A DNA stretch of 63,160 nucleotides, counting the filler, from Circinaria calcarea (Eukaryota): the NCBI GenBank assembly GCA_051942165.1. It is 3 parts of 3 records of this genome, joined end to end, with 100 filler letters (N's around TTAATTAATTAA, not from the genome) between each part and the next. Parts side by side here need not be neighbours in the genome. Positions count along the whole stretch, not along the records: positions 21,136 to 42,113 come from JAVECS010000154.1; 2 more parts are not named here. One strand, given 5' to 3'. The notes below the pieces were generated by a model. It had not been told where the DNA came from and did not search any database. It was given only the letters and a program-made list of their open reading frames with translations. The translations under genes and the position numbers were made by a program. Shown here one piece after another: positions 22,836 to 34,149 of this stretch (position 1 is its first letter; each line of letters opens with the position of its first letter).

Positions 22836-25013
22836 TTATCCAGTGCACCTTTCCCACGGTTCCCTATATTCCAGCCCAAATCCCTGAAAGACCCTTCTCT
22901 CCGCCTCCTCCCATGTCTTCGCCCTGGTTTGAGGATTTGCCCACTTCTCCAAATCAACCCAGCTTCCCGTTCCTCGTTCCCGAACTCCACTGCTGTCGAA
23001 CTTCCACCCTTTCATATGTTTGGCATATCTCCGTAAATCACGCTGGAAAGTCGTACCGCTAGTCCAGCCCTCCACGGCGCATCCGACTGTTCGCCAGGGT
23101 GAGATGATGATATCGACTCGGCGATGCAAGTTCGGATTTTTAGCTTTGGGATTCTCCGCAAGATCCACCTCCTTTGTTGGCCAATGGGGATCTTGCCAGA
23201 CAACAAGGGCTTTGTCTAGCGTGTCAAACCCGGAGCCTCTCTTTTCAGTAGACTTGAGCGGAAGCGGCTGTTGGTCTCGATGTGAGTTCGTCTCCTGCAA
23301 AGTCAGGCAGTGAGTGATCCATCCAGACTTCTCGAGGGCATTGACGAGGGCCGTGACGAGGTGGAGTGTTGCATGATGTTCGCGATGCGATATTATGACA
23401 TCCACGTCCCCACTCTCTGCTTTCCCACGACGATGCCCACCGACGATAACGCATTCAATGCCATCATCGACAATCTGCTTGGCGTGATAAGTAATGACAG
23501 AAGCAATATATTCAACTTCGGATCGTGGTATCTTCACCTCGAACTCGTCATAATATTTTACTCCAATCTGCTGCTCTCGAGAAAGCATTCCCCATCCGTT
23601 TTCGACGATATCGTCAAGATCCCTCCATCCTTTATCGAAATAGAACTGCCGTGCCGTGGTGGCGCCAACGCCCCAAATATTGTAGAATAACCTTAAAATG
23701 CTCATGGTAGGGTCTGCCTCAAATTCTTTTACCGCTTCAAGGCTGCCAAAGCTGAGCCACTCTCGAAAGAGTTGAGCGATTCTTTGGTCGCATCCTGGCA
23801 GCGCAAGGATCTCTCGGGTGCTCGAGAGCTTATGTGGGTAAGCTGCTATGCTGGCAATGCTTGAACTGTAAGCCCGAACTCCAATCTCATCTGATGTAAG
23901 GATTCGCGCCAGCCTGATCTGCTTCAGTTGTTCCACAAAGTCCTGGTTCGGACCGGTTGGCGGGGTTGACCATTCGCATGAATAAATCTTGCCGTCTTTC
24001 ACCCATTGCGGCATCTCCGGGAGTACACTACTGATATCTTGATCATGCTCGGAAGTTGTCTCACGCAGGAAATGCGTGGGCCGTGTTACAGAGCCGGTCG
24101 AGTCTTTGGTTATTTGCTGCGTAGACGAGACGAAACTACGCCCTCGGAATTCGTCGTCGAGCGCATCTTTGACGCGATGCCTCTTACCCAAGTATGATCC
24201 CGAGCTTGCTTTTGTAGCTTTCGGCACTGTAATAGCATCTTGAAAAGAATCTCTTCCCATGAACGGTCTGTAATTGATCGCGGGAGATGACAAATTATCT
24301 ACCGCGACAGGCTTTGGCGATTCGCTCTCCCGCACCCTTGGCAACCGTTTCCCTTCGTAGATAATATAAAGGTCCATCTTCAGAACCTGTCCGAGCTTTA
24401 GGGAATCTTTGAACCAGTCGATTTTCACTACCCGGATCATGTCTTTGCCAAGGGCCCATGCAAACGGTGGCTCGGCGTTATCTGCTTCAACTGGGTCGGA
24501 TAAGGGATCTGTTGCTGACGTAGAGACTTGATCGATAGATAATTGGGACATTGGCTTTGTCGGATCATCTTCGTCCTCGGTCACTGATGCCGTACTGGGA
24601 CCTTCACTACCTGAGTCCGAAGGCATCGGAGGGCCCGCATGTTTTCCTACCGGAAGCTTCGTTCTTTTCTGCGGGGGTATGTCCCCTAACCCTTGAGCAT
24701 CCTCATCCAAGTCGGACTGAGTTCTTTTAGCTTTACTCTCTTCCGTCCTCAGCTTCAGGCATTGTAGTTCAAACTTGGCGCGTTTGGCGGTTGTGATGGC
24801 CCCCAGGACAAGCTTTGCTTCACAGATATCATATGTTACGGTACCCCCGTGGTCGCTCAACTGGTCTTCGAGCGTATGTAGCTCCGTCAACGAGAGATGG
24901 GTTGGCAGCACGTATACTGGAGGCAGGGCAGTCAGATCGAGTTTTGGCACAGCTGCAACACGGCTGTTGGGTCCTTCTTGCACGGTCGCGGTCGTAGCCC
25001 GGCTATCCGACAT
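22836..25013 (-). CDS. POL4: Family X DNA polymerase (Pol4 / pol lambda-mu type) with N-terminal BRCT-like region
   Basis: 725-aa ORF; HhH motifs ILALPGCDQRIA and IWGVGATTA, GGHRRGK...GDVDVII nucleotidyltransferase motif, RRVDII, GWTSGTTFQRDLRRYA, C-terminal GLEYREPWER. Confidence 0.95.
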   Translation of the reverse strand: MSDSRATTATVQEGPNSRVAAVPKLDLTALPPVYVLPTHLSLTELHTLEDQLSDHGGTVTYDICEAKLVLGAITTAKRAKFELQCLKLRTEESKAKRTQSDLDEDAQGLGDIPPQKRTKLPVGKHAGPPMPSDSGSEGPSTASVTEDEDDPTKPMSQLSIDQVSTSATDPLSDPVEADNAEPPFAWALGKDMIRVVKIDWFKDSLKLGQVLKMDLYIIYEGKRLPRVRESESPKPVAVDNLSSPAINYRPFMGRDSFQDAITVPKATKASSGSYLGKRHRVKDALDDEFRGRSFVSSTQQITKDSTGSVTRPTHFLRETTSEHDQDISSVLPEMPQWVKDGKIYSCEWSTPPTGPNQDFVEQLKQIRLARILTSDEIGVRAYSSSIASIAAYPHKLSSTREILALPGCDQRIAQLFREWLSFGSLEAVKEFEADPTMSILRLFYNIWGVGATTARQFYFDKGWRDLDDIVENGWGMLSREQQIGVKYYDEFEVKIPRSEVEYIASVITYHAKQIVDDGIECVIVGGHRRGKAESGDVDVIISHREHHATLHLVTALVNALEKSGWITHCLTLQETNSHRDQQPLPLKSTEKRGSGFDTLDKALVVWQDPHWPTKEVDLAENPKAKNPNLHRRVDIIISPWRTVGCAVEGWTSGTTFQRDLRRYAKHMKGWKFDSSGVRERGTGSWVDLEKWANPQTRAKTWEEAERRVFQGFGLEYREPWERCTG

Positions 25014-25940
25014 CCTGGATTAATAGAGCCAAGCCAAGTAATCGATCATGGTCGAGGTTTGGAAGCACAGATGAAGCAACACTTGGATATGACAACATAG
25101 CAGCTCCTCGACACAGACAGCGGAGGAAAAGCCAAGTTCCTCTCTGGCTCTAGCTCTACGGGCGCGACAGCTCCGAAGCAGAATTAGGGGGGAGCAATAG
25201 AGCGAGATTGAATGAAAGCAAAGCAAGGCAGTAAGAGCTACTGGAGTGTTGAAGCAATACAAGAACAGTGTTGCCGGCTTAATGACACCACACTCATGGG
25301 CCGGAGTCTCTTCGCTCCGATGTCTGACAGTTGGATGTGCTGCAGTGACGCTGTACCCCAGGAAGCCTAGCGGTCGATCCCATGTGCCGTTGACCGGCAA
25401 GAGATGCCTTTCCCCGTGATGCATCTCACATCTGTACCTGTTCCTGTTCCATTTTCCTTCCATCATCATCGATCGACGACTGACTTGGACGCAGATATCA
25501 CAGTGCTTGACCGGGAGCTCAGAAGACTGTTTACAGAGCATATCTTATGCTCGATAAATCCACCTGGGATGTTTGCCACTGTAGCAGAGTGAAAATACTG
25601 TTGGTCCCTTCACTCGCCCACCCATAGGGGCCGAAAGCAGATTGCGTGACAAAATTCCATTGGCCCTTCTCTCTCGTTGCGTTTCTTCTCCCCCATTCCG
25701 ATCGAATCATCTGTTTCTGCCTCACAATTTGCCGCGACTGCGTTGGGACTAACCCCAAGCCGATATTTTCCTTGGCCGTGTCTGACGCAACCCTCGAAAA
25801 CCGTCCCGGCTCAAGCTCCGGACGGAACTTTTTCCGTTTACCCTACTTTTACTGCAACCTCCCCCCAATCATTTATATCCCTTCGAGTGCTATCCTTTCC
25901 TATTCCTCACCTCATCCCTAATCACCAACCCATTTTCCCA

Positions 25941-27659
25941 ATGTCTCCCCGAAAACAAGCAGTCACCATCACCTTTAGCAGCCCGGGAGCCAAACCGCCC
26001 GTCTTCGTAGCTGGTACCTTCACGGAACCGCCATGGGAACCCCATGAGCTCAGCTTCGAAATTTGCACGCCAGAAGATGGTCAAGGGGATCTCCCAGAGT
26101 ATCACTTCTTCAAGACTTTCGATGTCGCGGCGGGGGAGTATCAGTATAAGTTCCGGCTCGGGCCTGGTGACTGGTGGGTGTGCGACGAGAGTGAAGAGAT
26201 AGGCACGAAGATGTTCCAGGCATCACACCTCCATATCACATCAGGCTAATAAGACTTAGTGACGGACGCTGCCGGCAACCGCAATAATATGCTCCATGTC
26301 GACATTCGAGAACTCTCCGCTACCACTGCCCCCCATGACAACAAGCACATCCAAGTTCGATTTCTTCGAGACAAGGCCGTTGGAGTAGATCCCTCCACTA
26401 TGAGCGAGACTTCAAACATCATGATTGACGATACCGCCGATGTACATAAAACAGACGTTCAAGAGAACCATCGGGTAGCTCCTGAGGCGCCGCGAGTTAC
26501 TTCGACTGTGTCTGATGCTACGTCGAAGGAAGTTTTAGGGGAACTTGCGGATTGTACCCTCTTAGTGGAAACCTCTCCGCGGGAGGGTGACGCTCCAGGA
26601 TCGGATCCTTCAAAGTCTGACGTCGTGGTTGTTCACGTGAAAGAGGTCCTGCCGCTCTCACAAAATGGTAGAGACAGGGAATCCGTGGATGAGAATATTC
26701 TGGTGGATACCGGGAAGATCTCTGACGATGATGCCGACAAGATTAGGCGATTCTTACCACAGCAGCGACAAGCCGAGATTGCAGATGAGCTCGAGAAGGC
26801 ATTAGAGGAAGATAGCCAGCAAAGTCTTAATTTCCCGGAGAAGAACAAGCATTCCCATGCCCCACTCTTCTCGCATGAGTGCCTCCAATGCCCAGAGATC
26901 GCAGCCCCTCATTGCCATAAGATATCGTCTCCTAGCAGGGAAGTCAGACGTACAATAGATGAATCACAGTATGCCGCACCTCATGTTCCCAACGAAGCTG
27001 AGATACTGGATGATCCTACGATTGAGATATTTCCTTCGGAGCCGATGGATATCCTTAAGCGTATGGCAACTCTTCACTCTCAACTCCCAGAGGACGATTC
27101 AGTCGAAGAGGATACGTCATCCCCTCTGTACTCGCCTACATTTGCAGGTCATCCATCGCCTATGTTATCTCATGAGAAGCCTGTCCATGCACTACCTACA
27201 CCAAGATACAGCTTTGATGCAGGTGAGACCCATGTCATGTGTGTGTACTGTCCCGTGACACTAATTTGTACAGAGGCAGATGGTACTTCAGACCCGCGAC
27301 CGATACTGCAATCAAAATCAAGCAGTCCTTTGAGGAGGCCCACAGCATATCGAACAGGTCATTCGCGCCACAGCTTTGAGCAAGTGAAGGAATCGGATGA
27401 AGAGGAGCGTGAACCCTTGTTGAGACCAGAAGACCCGTGGAAGCCAGCACTTACACCGCCTGCTCTCTCCCACCCCAGCAGCGAAGAGCTTCGAAGACGG
27501 AAGACAGAAGCGGATAGCTTATCTACAACCGCCTCGGTACCGGATTCTTCGGATAGCGCTGACAGAGGTTTGGGTTTCTTTGGCGCCTTCTTTGACGCAC
27601 TGTTCCATTGGTTTGGCTCATGTCTTTTTGGCCTCCTCGGCAGGAAGAGTAGGGAGTAA
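25941..27659 (+). CDS. AMPK-beta-type CBM48 (glycogen-binding) domain protein, Mdg1/Crp1-like, with long acidic disordered region
   Basis: VFVAGTFTEPPW...GEYQYKFRLGPGDWWVCD...VTDAAGNRNN; first intron 26203-26259 has a GC donor; a probable second short intron lies near 27240-27286. Confidence 0.85.
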
Positions 27660-28450
27660 AGGAAATTTCTGCTTCGGCGATATTCCATGTCCTTCTCACG
27701 AGCATGGGTTGATGAGCATAGGAGTCTGCAAACATACTCGCAGTGGTAAGCGTGGTAGTTTCTTACTTCTTGTATGACATGATGAGAGGTGCAGTGTACA
27801 ACGATTATCCCTTTGTTTAGTATTACAGCGACGTGTAATTCAAAATCAAGACTACCTACAGAGTTTCTAGAGCTTTTTGTTAGGCTTCTCCCTAGATGGT
27901 GTAAGATACAGGCCCTCTAGTGCCCAGAACATCATTTCATCTACTACCATAGTAGCACATCAGTGCTTAGGGTGTCCGGTGAACTTTTATGAATTAGTTT
28001 AGTCGAATGACATTTGACTCGATGAGCAGCATACATGACCGTGTCTATGGTAGATTTGCTACCAGGGACTACATCCAGGATGTCCACATCCTTTTGGTTG
28101 ATGCCTGTGATGTACCAATCATTATTATCAAGCGTGGCAAGGAATACTTCTTTGGGAGTGAACTCCAAAAACCTCCATCTGCTGTAATTATTGTTAATTC
28201 ACTCACCTAGATTCTCTACCAAACAAGGCTAGGCCCAATCAGGATTTAGCAATATTTAAAATGTTACTAAGTAAGCGAGCCCTACCTGTCATACTCTTGT
28301 ACATAAACATCGGAGTGGAATAACCTGACTGCAAAACCAGTATCTGTTAGCAGTTTGCTCTATGTGAGTATCTTTTCATAATAGATCATTGTTTGATTAT
28401 GAAGTTGTCTTCCATCATGCTGATATGTCCAAATTCATCAGATTCTGTAC

Positions 28451-31122
28451 ATGGCTCCACGTCGGCCCCTGATTGTCAACCTTCCAAGCATGTCATTGAG
28501 TGAGGTGGTTGATGGATCAACTAGAGACATAGAAGCCGGTAAGTGAATAGACCAAGGGATATCGTCAAGAGACTAATTTTTGATCATGCAGAAACCCCTC
28601 GGGTCCCGGATAAACCTCAGGGCTATATTCCAAAGCCCAAGCCAGATGTTCGGGCTTTTTTGCACCCGCCCCTATCCGCGCCAGCAACCCCTACCGAGGT
28701 GAATGATGTGCGTATCCATGTTGGCGGTAAATCGCGTAGAAAAGTTACTAGCACTCCCGCGAGGGCCGACTCCCAGTCATCAACACCCGAAGTAAACAAC
28801 GAAATGTTGATTCCTACTACCCCAGCACAAACAGACCAGAGCATCATGGGCAATCCTTTCGTAATAGGGACAACAGGACTACGCCCTCAGGTGGAAGTGG
28901 CAGCTGTCCCTACTCTGGGACGTGTTGTTTCGCAACAAGTCATCATTGAGAACACGCAAGATGAGCAAGACGACGGTGCAAATGGCGAGCAGGCACCATC
29001 GACTGGATCGAGCTTTGAAACAGACCCATTCGCTGGACAGTCTCCATACACTGGACCCGAGTTGTTGCTGCCGGTCACTTTCCAACCCGGCAATCACTCA
29101 AGCCTTAGCTCAGATGAAGAACGTCGCTTAGTCCAAGAATACCATTCGCAACGCCAGCAGCGAGAACAAAATGAGCATAGGACTTCACGTGGTCAGCTTG
29201 AAGCTAGTCGACAGACTGAATTTGAAGCCAATGGTAGGCTACAAGCCGATGGGGCGTGTGTGCATGAGGATGATACTACTGGTGGGATTTGGGAGAATAA
29301 TCCCAATGTGGTATGTATCTTCTCTCATTTGCAATACGAGAGACATGGGAGTTGTCACTAATACTTCATCAGGGCTATTCACTGCCACCGTTCAGTCCAA
29401 GACATCCAAGTGGGCAGCGTCTCTACCCGGTAGATAATCAAACCAGCAGCGCGGCAGTCCATCAACTTGCGACAGCTCCCATTCCAATTTACCTTGACGT
29501 GGCTCCTATCTCAACCTCGTTAGATGCAAGTGGGCCTGTATTCGGATCAGCCAATTCTTGGGCCCCACCGAATCAAAATCTAAATACCAATACTTCTGCA
29601 TCTGGCAACTCTTTCGTGTCTTCTGATGGTCAGCAATCTGCGATCGTCCCTCCTCTGTTTGCCGGCGGAAATAACAATTTGATGACTCCACAAGGTTACG
29701 CGATGTTTAGAAACTCCTTTGCCCCTGTCAATGGTCAATTGTCGACTAGACACGCTCAGAATATGGCTGGAGGGAATGTTATTGGATCAGCCAATTCTTG
29801 GGCGCAAACAAGCGCGAACACCAACCCTCCTGCTACGGTTGACCCTGCGAGTGAAAATGCAGTCGCCCCTCAACAGTCTCAAAGCCAGAATTCCGCTTCA
29901 GGTAGTAGGAGCAGCGATCGGAACCAGAATTCCAACCAGCAGCCATCTAATAATCCTGATAATATATCTGGAGAAAGACGATCATCTGCTGCAGCTGCTC
30001 CCTCGACGGGAGAAAACGTTATCGGATCGACCAACAGCCGGTCGGTACCAAATGTGCAAACCCATGGTGGTGTCTATGGAAATTCCTTTGCTTCATCCAC
30101 AGGTCGAGGACCAGGCACTACGGCCCCTGGCTTTCCTAATGGATTTGGGTTAAATGTTGATAACCGCGGCTATGTCCCTGCACCACCCCACTCGTACCAG
30201 GCATTTCAGCAATCGACTGGACCTATCTCCCCTGAGTTTGAAGCCATGGAGGCTAGGTTGCATCACCATATCGATTTCAACTTCAACCGTGCGAGGACAA
30301 TCATCATTGACGGTCGTGATAGGGTTATTGATCAGTTGTTCAAGAAATTCGATGAGGTTGTAGATAAGATGGACAAGTTGGCCACATCAAAGGACGTGGG
30401 CGAGGTGAGGGGTCAAGTCCGAAGCCTGCGAGACGATGCGAATGCCAGCAAGAAATCGAGTGCAGATATTAGTGATGCAATCAAGCACGTCAAAGACGTC
30501 CTGAAAAATGCAGGAGTTGGGGGGGAAGGAGTAGTGCAGATGCAGGTTGCAGCCACCAATTCCAACGGAAGGCCAGCCAACCAAGGGCATGAACGGGACT
30601 TGAGTGGTAAGGTCCTCATCCACTGATTATCCAAAGACGCCCCTACAAGCCATTTCACTCTTTGATCATGACTAATATAACATGATAGCTACCAATACGG
30701 GTCCAGGAAACGTCATTCGTTCACAGGCTTCCTCGACCTCCAATACATCTCCGCACCGCCGTCAGAGTAGTGCTGCACCGCCGACGTCCCCCCGCCGCTC
30801 TCTCCATGGCAGCAGTCAGTATAGCCCCCGTCGCGCAAATAGCACCACTGGCAACAGTAATCGTTCAAGAATGCAGGTGATCGACATGACCGCTCCCGGG
30901 CCAGCACCCGATATCAGAAACCACCCGGCTTATGCAGCTACGCGTCGAAGTCGTACCACTAGCAACGCGAGACTACAAGAAATCGTTGGTGACGTGCTCA
31001 GTGGCGCCCATGGTCCGATCCCCATCCACGCAGCAGAGGGTGAGCGCCCTATCATGTTTGAGGTGCCGAACTTCCGTAACGGAGCTTGGTTCGAGCAGGC
31101 GCGCCGTCAGATGAACCATTAG
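28451..31122 (+). CDS. Hypothetical low-complexity S/N/Q-rich protein (4 exons) with three 80-aa-spaced repeats and a coiled-coil segment
   Basis: ATG 28451; GT-AG introns 28539-28591, 29311-29372 and ~30607-30688 join ORFs 28543-29361, 29313-30626 and 30682-31122; RLHHHIDFNF...DRVIDQL helix and PDIRNHPAY motif. Confidence 0.75.
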
Positions 31123-31595
31123 GGGAAGATGAGGCTTACGGTGGTAAAGCAGATTGGAAGGACATTATAGGAGGTACTGATTGACCGTCCGGATCCTTTG
31201 CGTTGAAAGCTGCAGACTCACAGAGGGGCAGAGAGTAGTTGAACATCCTGGTTACTAGACTTCTTTCAACTCAGACGATTCTCCACTCAGTATCCGTAGC
31301 TCACTGTGATAAGTGTGAACTAAAGTGACCGTAAATCTAGACCTTTCCACCAAAGACGTCGAAACAAAAGCCAATATGGAAAAGCAGCCGCCGATGGGAA
31401 ACAACCAGTGTGAGGGATGCTCTGCTCTCACTACCTACAGATCGTGCCGTTGAAACCGGACTTGTATACAATCAGAGCATTTTTTGTGATTGACGATATG
31501 TATTTTCTGAGTAGAATATCCTCCAGCGCAATACGGCCATTCTCGGCGGTGACACTCGCCTCGCTTAACACCTGCATGTACATACTATGTCCATG

Positions 31596-31638
31596 TCTCC
31601 GAAATCTTGGGGCATCTCCGAAATCTTGGGGCATCTCC
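31596..31638 (+). repeat. 19-bp tandem duplication (tctccgaaatcttggggca x2 + tctcc) about 40 bp upstream of the IWR1 start
   Basis: Read directly. Confidence 0.9.
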
Positions 31639-31679
31639 AAAGCTACTTCAATAAACCAGTAGAGACACTTCCTTGAATA

Positions 31680-33229
31680 ATGGCCCTACCTCCAGAGAAG
31701 GTCGTACTGAGGAAGAAACGTGGCCAAGAGACCGTGGAAGTCCTCTGTAAGATGCAGGCCTCGACCTCCCCAACCTTCAACTGTTAACCTCTTTCTTCAG
31801 TCCTCCAGCGTCAAAAGCGCCTTCGTACGGACTTTCAGTACTATTTGGATTCTAATGAAACTATTTCACACGCCTCACACACGTCGAGCGGATCAACCTT
31901 TGACATTCCACGGGTCCCTACCATACGAGTAACTCAAGCCCATGAAGACCATGTCAACACCGACCGCAGTTGGCAATCCAACGGCCAAGACCCCCAATAT
32001 GAAGATCGAGCAGAGGCTGCAAATCTTTTCCAGAACGTCCTGGGCGAGACCCAGAACGGGCTACGGACCACTGTACCCAAACGAGAACCACGGGCGTTCT
32101 ACCTGACCGTACGGGCTCCATTCGTTCCTCTTCAACCTCCCGCGGGATATAATGGCGTTCAAACGCGGAAGAGGAAGCAGCGGAGCGATCTGGCCGTCTT
32201 TGCCGAGAAAAGAGCAAAGGTGGCCGAGGAGGTAGTCACACAAGAAACCGACCGAGATGTAGATATGAATGATCTAGATGGAATGCAAAGCTATCATGAC
32301 ATTATCGGCAGTGGTGATGCTCTACCACGTAAGCGTCCTGGTGCCACCAAAGAAGAGTTACGGTGGAGAGTGGAGAACTGGGACAAAGTCAGAAACCCTA
32401 CAGAAAGTACAGATACAAATGCTACTCGTTCTCGGACCTCTACTGCACGGTTCACACGACATACGGAAGAAGATTCCATGAAGTTGGCCGAAGAATTACA
32501 TCATCTTGCAATGCTGGAGACCTGTGGGGGAAAGGTCTCTCTACGCCAATCAGGTGCAACTTCAGATGGAACAGGATTGAAATTCCAGCCCAAACCACCT
32601 CCTCAACGCCACGGCGGAAGAGATTACGGTGTTGTCCAATCTACAGAGAATGTCAATGCAGAGGCTGATCCTGATGGTGAGAATGGCAACGGTGACGGCG
32701 ACAGCGGTGAATGGAGTTACCACACCTATACTCGACGTCCCAATCCTTCTCAAATTACCTCTTCGGATGGCACAACTCATGTTGATCCTTTACGGGATCT
32801 GGACATGGGAAAAGTCGGGCTCCTAGTCATCCAGCCGGAAGACGAGGAGATATGGGAAACCTATGTTGGCGATGAAGACGGGGACAGTGACAAGGATTGG
32901 AACAGTGAGGAAGAAGATGAAAATGGTTTGTTGGTGGTAACATTATCCCACTCAGTGCTAACTTCGCGACAGCTGAAGACTTTTACGGTAATGATTATCC
33001 TGAAGACGAAGTCGATTCGGACGACGAGTACGGGCTAGGAGCATACAAACATCGGTACGGTGCCTCCGACGACGAAGAGTATGATGACGATAATGGTTCC
33101 TGGTCTGATGAGGACGTAGAGGAGCTAAAACTTTGGAAATCTCGGCTTTCAGGTGGCCACGGAGAAGAAAGCCACGACGGTAACGATGGCGATGGCGAGA
33201 ATATGGATTGTGACGTTATTGTACGTTAG
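31680..33229 (+). CDS. IWR1: RNA polymerase II nuclear-import factor Iwr1 (exons 31680-31746, 31801-32925, 32973-33229)
   Basis: N-terminal MALPPEKVVLRKKRGQETVEVL and spliced C-terminal signature SEEEDEN|AEDFYGNDYPEDE. Confidence 0.9.
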
Positions 33230-33561
33230 ACAATAGGAAGTCAGAAAATGGCAACGATACATGATGGAGGAGACCGCCATAACTCCACCATGCATAACCG
33301 AATTGATTCTGGCGACAAGATCTGCACTTCTTTTCCGCAATACCATATGCATGTGCCCAGCGGAAAAACCAAGAGTACCACCGCACAATTTTCCTTACTT
33401 GAATGCAAATCAGTAAACCACCGAGTTTCGACCCCAACGCTAAACCCATGATTCCCAAATTTTCCAGGCTTCCGCTTGTTATATACTATGGAGTACAGCA
33501 GGATGTTACATGTCATAACCCTTTGCTTGATCTTGGACAATGTTAGCGGAGAACTCTACAG

Positions 33562-34149
33562 TCACACAGTTGGATGGTTGGTAGTACCTGGGGGTGGTGG
33601 CGGGCACCTCATCCACGGATACCAGAGACCGGGCAATCTACTCTGCACACCATATGCTTCGGCTGGGGACGCTCCTCTGTTTCGATCTCGGACTCGGGGA
33701 ACGCCGTATATCTCGCAGCAACGGTAGTACTTGCACTGGATACCTTGGAAGCCTTTGCGTTGTCTGTGGGGAAACTGGGCGTTGTATGCCTGTCTCACGT
33801 CGCTCCAATCCATACCCAGGTCGACTCGGTGATACCAGATGAAATACTCTTCTTCTTTGGCATATGTGGGACGGAACTCACGACGTTCCCGGTTGGAAGG
33901 CGAGGGCCTCGATAGCCGCTGGTGGAGTTCTTCATATGATCTCTGCCTTGACCGGTCATCATCCTGCGATTCGGGACTGGTGCTTCCTCGGCTTCTATCG
34001 TCATCGGCGAGGACCGTCTCGGATCCTGCTCGGGACTGGCGATCGTTGTCTATTGGATTCAGGAGACTTTGTATGGCCATGGTTCGAGGTCGAGTGGCGA
34101 AGCTCTCATTCTGTGGGAGAGCTGCGTAAAGATCTCGGGCTGAATCCAT
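33562..34149 (-). CDS. Small putative DNA-binding (Myb-like HTH) fungal protein
   Basis: 195-aa ORF; RPTYAKEEEYFIWYHRVDLGMDWSDVRQAYNAQFP...QGIQCKYYR resembles a three-helix Myb-like unit; N-terminal MAIQSLLNP motif is common in fungal transcription factors. Confidence 0.65.
   Translation of the reverse strand: MDSARDLYAALPQNESFATRPRTMAIQSLLNPIDNDRQSRAGSETVLADDDRSRGSTSPESQDDDRSRQRSYEELHQRLSRPSPSNRERREFRPTYAKEEEYFIWYHRVDLGMDWSDVRQAYNAQFPHRQRKGFQGIQCKYYRCCEIYGVPRVRDRNRGASPAEAYGVQSRLPGLWYPWMRCPPPPPGTTNHPTV

Noticed and set aside
27944..28168. 74-aa minus-strand ORF with nearby splice-like signals
   Set aside because: No start context or recognisable domain; insufficient support.
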